Below are positions 41,373-53,290 of a stretch of 64,000 nucleotides of DNA, in pieces. This DNA comes from Camelus dromedarius (taxonomy: Eukaryota). Made by a program: the position numbers and the translations under genes. The stretch is from the NCBI RefSeq assembly GCF_036321535.1, contig NC_087437.1, positions 25,856,001 to 25,920,000 on the forward strand, read 5' to 3'. How positions within the stretch are numbered: the stretch's first letter is position 1; every line of letters starts with the position of its first letter. The notes beneath the pieces were generated by a model. The model was given only the letters and a program-made list of their open reading frames with translations. It was not told the DNA's origin and made no database searches.

Positions 41373-42005
41373 TGTCACCCAGATACTGGAAAGGACGCAG
41401 CTTGGATCCTTGGACAGGCCAGAGAAACAGTAACAAAGACCTTCTTTATTTGGGAAGATTTTCTCAAGGTGTGGAAATCCCTCGGGAACTTAAAAACCAC
41501 ATGCCATCCCCAGGGGAAAATCATCCCTCTGACACCCTCTCCTCCAAGCCAAGAGGCAGCGATTTGCCCTGCTACAGGCCTCCTTCAGTTCCCTCACATC
41601 AGGGAGCTAGCCCAGAGGGAGCTGGAGACTTAGGGCGTCTTCTTAAATGGAAGTCCCCTCCTCTCCGCTCAACTTGAGGTCTCCTCTGTACTCTTTTCTA
41701 GTTTTTTTCTGGAATAAAATCATTAACCTGGTTTTCACTTCTCTGTCCTTATGTGTATCTTCCTCCTGCCAAGCACAAGTGCTGCAAGCCCCGTGGAGCC
41801 TCTCCTCAGCCTGGCCAACAAGAATCTGCCTAACAGGGAAGGCCCTTACCTGCCCTGGCTCAGCCTGGTATTGGCTGTGGCCCCATCCTGCCTCTTTTTG
41901 GTTTCCCTGTCACCTCCCAGTCTGCGCCCCCCTCCCCGCCCCCAGCTCTGTCTGGTCATTCTCTCCCTCCCTTACCCTCATCCCTCTCCCTGCAAAATGG
42001 TGACA
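41373..42005 (-). mobile_element. Solo ERV LTR
   Basis: Inverted termini TGTCACC...GGTGACA; 5-bp TSD TTCTC/TTCTA; minus-strand AATAAA near 41445. Confidence 0.75.
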
Positions 42006-42384
42006 TTCTATTGATTACTTCCTCTCTGTTCTCTGGACCTGTGAGCGACTCCTCCGCCAGGAACCTTGGCCCTGTCCATATATCTTGCCGGACTCTTACC
42101 AACTGGTCCTTCAGGTTTCAGCCAGAACCTCAGACACCCAAAAAAACATTCACTAAGGAAACCTTTCCCACTTGCTTCTGCGCAAAGCAACAAGTAAAAC
42201 ACGTGCTCTTTTACTTACACTGTTTTGTCCGTTTTCTTGTTAGCTGTTTCCAGGTGTGAGCTTTAGAAGGAATAAAGCCTACGCTTGCAGGAAGGGCAGG
42301 GCCATTTAAAGAGGTAAGAGGAAGGAGCAAGAACTGCACTCCCTCACAAGCCAGCCTTTAGGTAGCACCAACTCAAGCCTCAGG

Positions 42385-42780
42385 GCACGACCACACGTGC
42401 CTACATCTCGTGAGATCCAGCACCAGGCGCCAAAGCCCAGTGCGCATGCGGAGTCGGGCTGCTTATCCAGAGCCCGAAAACTACTGTTCCCAGAACTCTC
42501 TGGGAAGGCATCTTCTCATCCAGGACTGTATTTCCCAGAAAGCCTCTCAAGGCTTCGCTCAGAGTTTGAAAGCTCTTCTTTCACCGGGAATGAACAAGGC
42601 GAGGTTAACCCGCATCTTTCCCTCTACCTCGGGAACCGAGGCAGCCCCTACCTTCCCCGGGATGGCGCCTGCAAAGCCTCATTTAGACTTGTCACAGTTT
42701 GTTAGATTATAGTGTCATCACAAATTACGAAAAATGGAGATTGGGGAGGGAGTGGAAGGAGTGGAGATTGTAGTAAGTGC
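42385..42780. promoter_or_regulatory. Orphan promoter-like module (NRF1, ZNF143-like, E-box, YY1-like)
   Basis: CACGTG 42394, TCTCGTGAGA 42406, TGCGCATGCG 42441, ACTACTGTTCCCAGAA 42480, ACTGTATTTCCCAGAA 42525, GATGGCG 42661; local CpG enrichment. Confidence 0.6.
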
Positions 42781-44084
42781 CAAGCTGAGGCAGGTGGCTA
42801 GAAGACGTGGGGCTTTTCTCCAAGTCACACTGGCCGGAAAGGTCTGTTGGTCCCAATGGTCCCAGTGCCCTGGGAGTCACGCCTTGGTGGCCACTGGGCG
42901 TCTGCTGTGGAAGGAGAGGTAGAGGCAGTGGAGCCGCTGACTGTTCGTAGTCTCTGTCTCCAGGGAAGCTACCTGAATGGGGCCCCAGACTCTCCTTCTC
43001 CCTTGCTCCTGATCTTCAGTTTCAAATTCCACTCCATTTCTGCTTCAGGGACTCTGCCAATCTAGGTGCTAGGATCCACCCCACCCCCACCTTCCGGTTC
43101 CTTAAATCTTCAACCTCTAGTGATATCCTAGATTCTTTCAGAACCTACAATCCCATACTTTGCCCTTGTATTCCAGCACCACTCATCGTTATCTCATATT
43201 GAGCATGTCACACCTCTAGTGACCCATTAGTGCTGGGGCTACAGGTCATCCAGGGGCTTTCAGAAACCTGCCTGGAGAGGACAGTTCTGTACTTGGGCCT
43301 CAGTTTCCCCCTTGGATTCAGGACAGGGAGAAGGGGTGTGTTGAGATGGACGGTTTAGGCAATACATTTCATTGAGCCTTAGTCTCCTCATTCGTAAAAT
43401 GATTATCCTTAACAGAAGGCCCAGTCAGTCAGACTTCCCTTGCCAATAGTGCGACATTTGCCTTCTGCCCTACAGGAGAAATCAAAACCGTAGGGCATAC
43501 AGGAGAGAAATCACCCCTCACCAGATACTTCTGGCTCATATCAGTCATGTGACTCAGTTTGGCATTTGCAGGAATCAAGGTCATGCTTAGAAGCTAGAAA
43601 TAGAACTTGGAAGCTATTGATGCACACTGGTGGTGCTCATACTGTGAAGCTGTGAAGATGAGGTCTCTCTGAGGGAGGATACCCTTGAGAGGAAGGGGAA
43701 GTTGGGGGACCAGTCAAGTTTCAGTTCCACAGCTATCAATGATTCTTGTCTTACTGTCTAGGCCCCAGTTTCCCTTTCTGAATAATATGTGTATGTGGTG
43801 GAGGAGCAGAGGAGTGGTAGAGCGTGATCATTGACACCTTTTGTGTGTGTTACAAGCATTCCTGCAGGGACTAAATTAGATTGTTATTTTAGGTTCTCAT
43901 CACACCACCAGAGGTCACTATTGACTATCTGTCCAAAGAGCAATTTAGCTTATTTGAGGACAGCCCTGCTACTTTCACAATTCAATACACGTTATTTATA
44001 AAAATGGAACAGTGCCCCAGGTAAAGGCTTTGATTTATTCAGAACTCTAGACACAAAAGGAAAAGGAGTCTGTTAAGCCTCCAA

Positions 44085-44255
44085 AGTTCAGAAACTTTAT
44101 TTCACATTGGAATCTTTAAAAGACACTAATGCCTGGCCCCTGCCTCCAGACATTCTGATTTCACTGATAAAGGGTGAAATGTGGACATTGGTACTTTCAA
44201 AAGCTCCCCAGTGCAGCAAATTACTAATGTGCAGCAAAATTTGGGAACCACAGCC
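44085..44255. mobile_element. MER5-like hAT MITE (similar copies near 45805-45995, 54555-54720, 61580-61710)
   Basis: MER5-like motifs (GATTCTGAT...GAACCAC); boundaries approximate. Confidence 0.55.
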
Positions 44256-47167
44256 TTAGGCCTTTCTCTCAGTTTTAATAAAGGACTGTGAACCTGACCT
44301 AAACTTTGTGTGTATCAACTTCAGAGGAGAAAAACAGGAGTCCTCAGGGAAGGGTTTCCACGAACATGCTTTATGTAGCTCCAACTGGAGACAATAATGG
44401 ACCCTCTGTTCCACTGAGTATTCCCAGGAACAAGAACCCCACTGGAGTGGTCAGGGAATTAAACTGAAAGGCAGTAATAGCAGCTTTCACTTGTGAAGCT
44501 CTCGTAATGCTCCAGGCATGTCTTACCCTTAACAGGCTTTAGCTCATTTAATCTTCAGAATAAGAGGTTAGATGCTATCATGATTTAAATTATACATATG
44601 AGGAAACTGAGGCACAGAACGGTCAAATAATTTGCCCATGATCATACACCACAGCCAGTAAGTTGCAGAGCCAGGTTCAAATCCAGGCAGTCTGTCTCCA
44701 GGAGCACAATCACTATGCTATTCTACTTCCTAATCCACAAACAATAAAAATTCCCCTTTTCTCCCTACTTGGTCTATGTTTCTTCCATTAGTATTCACAT
44801 CCATTCTCCTCTCCCCTTCATTTTCTGCTCTCATCTGCAAGACCTACATTTCTGGTCATTGTTCATTCTTAAATTACTCAAATTTCTAATACCACATAGC
44901 ACTGGGGACTCTGGGGAGATTTAGGGATATGACCTTTATTTTCTCACTATGTGACAGGCCCTATCTGTGTATTATTTTCATATGAGGCTCACATAATTGT
45001 ACTGCAGGTGAAGAAACAGTCTTGGTAACTTACTCAGCTGATATAGTTTGGTCTCAGGCTCTTTCCCCTGATTTCATTCAGGGCATTTCCATCTATCTTA
45101 TCAGGGTACCAATAAGCATTTATCAAAAAGAGAAAGAAAAGGAAAAGAAAGAAAAGGGAAAGAAAGGAGAGAAGAAGGAAAGAAAATGGGAAAGAGGCTA
45201 TCTTCTGTTAAAGATACGGTTAATATTATAAAACAGATCCAGATTCCCTTAGTCTGAGATTGAGTGAAGAGGTAGTTTTCCTTAAATCATACTGCCGGAT
45301 GGAATGCTGCAGTACTATTATTTGGGATTTCCCTCTGGTTTGGGCTGGTACCTTTTTTTGTGGGTAGGTATCTTGTGTCCCCAGGTAGAGTGCAAGCTCT
45401 CTGTTTCATACCTCACTTCACTCAGCACATAGGCTTGTATGTTAGCATCAAAGAATCATCAGATGATTTTAGAGATGACGACACCTTAGAGATCATCTTG
45501 CTCACTCCCCTCAGTCTGCAGATGTATAAACACAGGTTTAAGGACACTGAATGTTGGCACCAAGATCACGATTAGTCATAAAACTGGGATCAAAATGCAA
45601 GTCGTCTGTCTTGACCATCAACTCAATGCTCTTGGTACTCTTCCAAATTCAGTAAATATTTGTGCATTGATTTATTTTAATGTCAAAAGGAATCATATTG
45701 TGATTGGTAAAATATATTATATATCAAATTATTTTATGATAGAGTTACTATTGTAAATAATTTTTGGCTTTAATAAGAGTTCAGATTCATCCAACCAAAT
45801 AGTTTAGTGAATGGTTCTCAAAGTTTGGTCTGAAGGTCAGCAACAACACATTCTAACATTGTTAGAAATGCAATTTCTCTAACTCTGCCCTAGACTTATT
45901 GAATCTGAAACTCGGGGGATAAGGCATAGCAAAATGTATTTTAACAAGTCCTCCAAGAGATTCTGATGCATATTCAGGTTTGCAAACCACTGTGCGGCAT
46001 GAACTGTCTGTCTATTTATTCGTTTGGCTTAATAAATATATAGCTATAATGAGAAGACTCATTTGAAAGATTTTGTATAATGGGATTTTTAAAAAATAAA
46101 ATATCCTTTTTATATGTTATCTTGACTAGGACTTGTCTGGCCCAGAAACAAGGCAATGTCACTTATTTTATCCATAATCCAGTTTTCATCATATAATTAC
46201 TCTCTAGAACCAATCCTTTCATAAAAGATTTAGGCTTAGACTGTCATGACAAAGGCAATGCAAAGCCAGTAATTGCAAGTATGTGTGTTTGACAGGCACA
46301 GTCTTATTTCTAAAAAATTAATATAGGTAGTTCATAGAAAATTCTATCAATAGTTCACAGAAAAGTAATATTAACTCATAGATATATTTATGTGTGAGAA
46401 AAGATGAAATACATAGAATGTTTGAATCTGAGAGTTCCGTTATTAGTTAGGTAACGGTTTTCTTCCCATTTCAGCAATAACTTAGCCCAGTAGAGGGTGC
46501 TACCAGCTATTTGAATGTAGGGGCCATTCTCTGTAAGGAAATTCCAAAAGAGGGCACTCTTGAATAAGACATAAACTGACCTCAGCATAACCCAGTTTAG
46601 AGGTCACCAGAAATGTAAATAGTCTCTGAACAAAGAAGGCATCTAATCCATCAACTCTGCTTTATTGGGTCAAAAGGTAGGGATGGAAATGTGTGTGTGC
46701 GTGTGTGTGTGGCATTGGGCACAGTGAGAAATTTACTTTCCCAAAGGAAATGGGAAACGTAGCCCAGCCCTACTCTGAAAACTGTGAGAATCTGTAACCT
46801 TTGGACGTTACCCGTATTTGTTATGTTCTGCTGCTGCCTGTTGGTTTTATTTTCCTAACAGTAATTAGGAGCAAATATATTCCAAATTAAGAGTGCCTAG
46901 AGATTGGCTTCAGTAGTCTTATTAGGGGAGGAATCCCAAGACAAACAGCTGGTAGCAATGGGAGCTGCTGAAGGGAAGAAAAGGAAAACAACACTGGCCT
47001 GGCTGGGCCTCGGTGGAGGCCCTGGGTAGAGAAATAGAAGGTTGTGCCAGGGCAGTCTCTCAAGGCCATGGGTGACAGATGTTAGGAGAACATGGCTGGA
47101 GGACAGTTTTGGTAGCAACTTAGGCATAGGTGCCATTGCTACCCAACATTCTAAATTAAGAATCATT

Positions 47168-47288
47168 CTGAAAAAGAATGAAAAGGAATATATATATATA
47201 CACATATATATATGTATAAATGAATCACTGTGCTGTACACCTGAAATTAACATAATATTATAAATTAACTATACTTCAATTAAAAAAA
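47168..47288 (+). mobile_element. Short L1 3' end
   Basis: L1 3' UTR plus A tail; TSD AATCATT at 47161 and 47289. Confidence 0.8.
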
Positions 47289-49320
47289 AATCATTAATCC
47301 TTTTTTTTTTTAAAGCCCAGGACAAGTTCTGGACACCAATATACTTTTGGTTCCTATAGTAATCCACAAGGTCTACTTTAATAACATTTGGTATTTTAAA
47401 CTTCTAGAATGGTTGGCCCACCATGACTTTTGCCCTAATGAGTCAGTCTCTTGAAGTAGAAAACTGCAAAAAGACTTGGGGTGATGTATTGGTAAGAAAT
47501 TCTGAGCTGGGATATTTTATTCCTTTAAACAAATGTTTCCTGGGTGAAGGTTCTCAGAGATGTTCTAGACATTCGTGTTTTTAAAACACTAACAATATGT
47601 TTTTATTTTATATTTTCTAAATTAGTAAATAAAATAACTATGGAAATAAAAGTCTAAAACAGCAAGACAATGTGAAAGACCCTAAAAGTTTTTTAAGTGA
47701 GGGACTGGGGGTTAGAGGAGCTCAGATGAGCATTTGCTATGGTTATCCATATACGTTGCACACTCAACCCTGTGGTCAGTGGGTCTGGGTATGTTACCAG
47801 GAAAAGGAGGAAAGGTACAGAGGTCAAAGATGGAGGTCACAGGCATGGAGGTCAAATTCCCTCAGCAGAGAATTCAAAGGATTGCTTGCTATGTAGAAGG
47901 GGCTCAGGATTGAAAACAATGCAGGGAGGCTGCTCTGAATTCCTCCAGATCTCTGGATGATGCCTTGATATCTGTCCCCGGGCTGGTTATATTCACCAAT
48001 CAATGTCACAAACGCAGCCACCAACCCCAAGCTTTTCTGTGGCTGAGGGACAGACCACCCCTCCTCCCAGTCTGTTAACAAACGATGGGGTACTAGCAAA
48101 TGGAGGGGCACTCTTAGCACAAGTGTGGGTTGATCAATGAATGCATGGTATGATTCCGAGAGCAACTCTCCATTTCTTTAGCAGCCATCAAACTGGTCCA
48201 AACATTTAAAATGGTAAGATTTACTTGAGTAAGATTTACTTGATTTACAAGATTTACTTGATTATGATCTTTGCATCACCTTACTGTCCGAGAGCCAGCC
48301 TCTAAATGCCCTGGCTTTGCACATTCTGGGGCCTAAGGGCCAGACCATCAGCAGAGGTCAGGGGTACCCAGTGAGTCCCTGGCAGTCTTCTGAGATCTCC
48401 ACAGCTGGAACCCACTTCTCCTTGAGGCCTCTAAAATTCCTATGAATAACGAGGGTTCTATTAAAATAACATGTCCCCTAGAATTCCGGTTGTGATTATT
48501 ACTCTTGCTTTCAGCAAATCCACAAAGAAGAAAAGTGAGTCTGTATATGGTCTGTCATCTCTTCAGGCTGGGATCTGCTGAGATGTTTGTCTTCCCCGTT
48601 GATTTTCCATGGTCAGTCTTCTACTTGTGACTGTAAGGCTTTTCCGGTGCTGTTTGCTTATTTCCTTTCCCTCCGGGCCCCTAGGACTGTGGGAAACCAG
48701 AGGGGCTGTGTATGGCACCCTCCCATGACCCCACTAGCCTTGGCTGCCCTGGGGTACACAAGGAGATGCGAGGCTGCTCAGTCCCCATTGTCTGTCTATC
48801 CTCACCTCAGTGCCACTACTGCAGGGCCTTTGGCAACTCTGCCGACCAGCTCTTTGCTTTCTGGCTGTTTTCCTGTCCTTAGCTCTTGGATTCTTTAAAT
48901 CCAACTGATATTTCTGTCATTTCATCCTTCCCTGGGCCCCTTTTGTGTGATAGTGGGGAGCCTAGGTTTGGACAGACCCAGGGCCCCTTCTCAGAAACAC
49001 ATACTTGCCTTTAACTACTTTGTTCCCCTCAAACCCTCCACTTCACCTCAATTTAGCACACTTTGAACAATCAGTGGTTTGGGAGGCAACCAGTCCCGCC
49101 TGATGGCATAATTTCCCAAATCTTTTTGAACTATAATTCCATCTGAGCTTTTAAAATTTTAAAGACAAGAATTAGATTCTTTGGTTCTGCTCTGTCATCA
49201 TTTCCCTGAGGGCAGGGAGTATATAATTCCCTGGCTCCTGCTGCCTAAACTGGGTGAAAGGGTCATAGGTCACAGAAAAATGGCAGAAATGAGCAGATAT
49301 CAACATATAAAAGAATAAGA

Positions 49321-50137
49321 TAAAGACAGAAACACTCTGCAGCACTCAATCGCCTTTCACCATGCATAAAGGTTTACTGAAGGTACATAGATTCATTTCT
49401 CATCTTTCCCAGATGGGAGCAATGCTCCCTGTTTGAACTGCCAACAATCAATCATGAAAATGTGGATGTTTTGTCTGCCTGTTTAATAATTGAAGACAAC
49501 AGTATACTTTAGTTAAAAAGCTTCTTCATTAAAAGGAATGTAACTTATCTCCTCTTCCCTCTTTCTTTGATGATGGTATCACCCACCCACTTTCCTCCAT
49601 TATGTGCTTTGGACTTGAAATCTAAAAGAGATTGTCATTTCCTTTTCTGCAACATTTTCTATTGGGTTATAAATATATAATGATCCAAGTGCAGAGGTCT
49701 TCTCTAATGACTGGTCTATGCTGAGTTTATTCTTTATAAATATGCTATAAATAACTGGATGTCCTTAAAAATAATATCAGCAAAGTTATTATAAATCAAA
49801 ACACCCCAAACCTTGGGCATGCACAGCTTGGAAGTTACCACAGTATCTTGGGCCAAGTTTATTAATAATTTCCAAAGTTTCAACTGAGATGTCTTCTTCA
49901 AAGAGGTACGAAGGGCCCAGACACCATGTTAATGATGACTTTTGTTTCTAAACTCGAAGGGTAGCAGTATATCCATAAACATCACAAATGAGAATGGATC
50001 CTTTGAAAGGAATGGTCCTGGTAAGGCCTGGATATACAACATCTGTTAAAATAAAAAGACTGGCAGGGTCAGGGGGAGGGGGGAGGAGGACATGGGAGGT
50101 GTTTAATCAAATAAATACAAAAAATTAAAAAATTTTA
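49321..50137 (+). mobile_element. Retrotransposed non-repeat insertion (orphan transduction) carrying the WDFY4-like exon
   Basis: TSD AAAAGAATAAGA at 49309-49320 and 50138-50149; AATAAA at 50110-50115 followed by a decayed A-tail. Confidence 0.75.
49812..50042 (-). pseudogene. Isolated, disabled WDFY4-like coding exon with intact splice sites
   Basis: Minus strand reads MLYIQALPGPFLSKDPFSF(fs)DVYGYTATLRV*KQKSSLTWCLGPSYLFEEDISVETLEIINKLGPRYCGNFQAVHAQ, closely matching my recall of WDFY4; 1-nt deletion near 49984; TAG at 49950-49948. Confidence 0.85.
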
Positions 50138-50699
50138 AAAAGAATAAGAGAATGTGTGAACCACCTGCCAAGCACTGTGTGAAATGCTTTAAAAGCATTA
50201 TTTCATTTAATCCTCTTGCCAACCCTTTAAGGTAGGAATGAGGAAACTAAGACTATGAGAGATTAAATAAACATGACTATGTGACTGTAAGGGTCCCATT
50301 CATGTAGGTCCAAGCTCATTCACTTGCCAAATACTTACCAAGCACCTGCTATCTGTCAGGCAATTTTCTAGGTGCTGGGGCTATAGTTATGAGAAGACAT
50401 CTACTCTCAATTTGCTTCTTTTCTAGTGGAAGAGAAAGATAAAAAGCAAACAAATGTATAATCTATAATACAATGCTAACTAATGATAAAAACTAAGTAA
50501 GAATGAGAAAAATAAAAGAGGCTGAGATGATAGTACCAGAAGTCTGGAGTGGAGGATAAATTATATGAGCTGTCAGGGAAGTAGTATTAGAAAGGACTCA
50601 AAAAGAAGCAAGGCAGTAAGTCATGAGAAGTAAGTAATGGTCTCCAGTGGTGGTTTTGACTTGCATTTCTCTAATGACTAATGATGCTAAGCACATACG

Positions 50700-51185
50700 G
50701 GAATCCTAACACCTAATGTGATGGTGTTAAAAGGTGGAGTCTTAGAAGGTGATTAAGTCATGAGGGTGGAGCCTTCATGGATGAGACTAGTGTTCTTACA
50801 AAAGAGATCCCCCAGAGCTCCCTAGCCCCTTCCAGCCAGTGAGTACACAGTAAGAAGTCAGCAGTCTGCAACCCCAAAGAGGATCCTCTCCCACCTAAGC
50901 CGGCACCTTGATCTTGGACTTCGCAGCCTCCAGAACTGTGAAAAAATAATTTCTGTTGTCTATATGCTATCTGCTCTGTGGTATTTTGTTATAGCAGCTC
51001 AAATAGATTAAGACAGTGGCCATCTGCAAGCCAAGGAGCGAGGCCTTAGGAAAAACCAGAACTGCAGACACTTCGATTTTGGATTTCTAGCCTCCAGAAC
51101 TGTGGAAAAAAATTTTTAAACACTTACTGTTTAAGTCATCCATTCTGTGGTATTTTGTTATAACTGCCTAGCCGACTAACCTAGC
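50700..51185 (+). mobile_element. Two MaLR (MLT1) LTR 3' ends, nested or tandem
   Basis: GCCTCCAGAACTGTG...CTGTGGTATTTTGTTATA occurs twice (~50925 and ~51090). Confidence 0.75.
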
Positions 51186-52519
51186 CTCCCAGAAGGAAAT
51201 GATGGTGTGTCCACTGCTACCTCTGCATTTGTAACAGGAATACAAATAGACAGCTTCTATTTACAGCTACTGACAAACAGGGAAACCAGGCACACCCCCA
51301 ATCTTTCCTTGGCTACTATGTTTAGTCTCGAAGAATCTTAGATGAGCCCAGGTGCATGCAAGTATGGGGGAGAAGTGGCTATCTCTAGGATTGGTGTTGC
51401 AAGCTTTGAGCAAATCTCACTTCTTTCTCCAAACTAGACATTTTAAATGTAGGTAAGATTACAATAATTGTAAATTTAGTCTTGAAATTTTAATTTAGTG
51501 CTAAAATTGTAATTTTAAGTCTTGAAAGAGAAAATTAATCAGAAGAGGACAATAAGGCAGATATTTTAGTGGAGAAAGGGTGTATTCATGAGTGTCGTAT
51601 CTAAATGAATGAGTTTGGGGCTGTGTTAGGCTGGTTGTTTTCTACAGGAGCCTTCTGTGAGTTTGCAGCCCTAGCTGGCTGACCAGAGCAACCTCCTTGT
51701 CCACTTCTCAGCCTCATTGAGTTTGATGAATTGTTGTCTCCCAGTGAGTCCCTATAGGTTGGGTGAAGGAGAGAAGGTTATTACTTAGGGGTACTTTATT
51801 CATTTAGAGGGCTTAGGAAATGGGGATAGAGTTTAATTAGCTTCAGTCCAATTGTATCTCATTTGTCAATTCTTAGAAGAAAGGGTTATGGTTGCCTAAA
51901 GAAAATTTTGCTTTTTCTTTTCAGTTCTGTCCCTGCGTGCCAAAAGACAGCATCCCTCAATCCGTAGATTACTTTCTGGATGAATTGAAAAGAGTAGCTG
52001 CAATATCCGCTTCATCTAAATCTGTTTTTTAGAAAATGGGATTGCAACCCTGAGCTCCGCGTTGAGATGTCAGGAATACTTACAGATTACAGGACAGTCT
52101 TAGCAGCACTGGACTGAGCGCCAGTGGTTTCACCCTTACGCCTCTGTATTCTGGAGCTTATACGAACCTTTTCCCAAATATCTGGAGTTCATTAGACGAT
52201 ACGATTCTTCAGCAAATTTTTTTGCCAAGCACGTTCGAGGCGTCACTCTTTTCCAACCAAAACATTCTGAAAGTTCCAGTATTTCTGAGGAGCTTTTTGG
52301 TGTGTTTAGCCCGGAGCTGAGCTGTGTGCACTCGGCTGCAGTTTTTGCAGCCCTATCCTACTGAAGCTCGCAGGCTATCTCCTAGACACAAGTGATGCCC
52401 CTGAAACAAGTACAAAATGGTACAAGACAGCATATGATCAAGTGTTAAAATGTGCTCAAGGAACATCTCGCCTGACCCAAAGCAGTAATGTGAAAAGACT
52501 AAAGGAAGGACACAGCGGT

Positions 52520-53290
<771 letters not shown>

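Noticed and set aside
46900..49300. Possible additional WDFY4 exons next to the captured exon
   Set aside because: The minus-strand segments I translated showed no match to the next expected WDFY4 peptide, and the region lies outside the TSD-bounded insertion.
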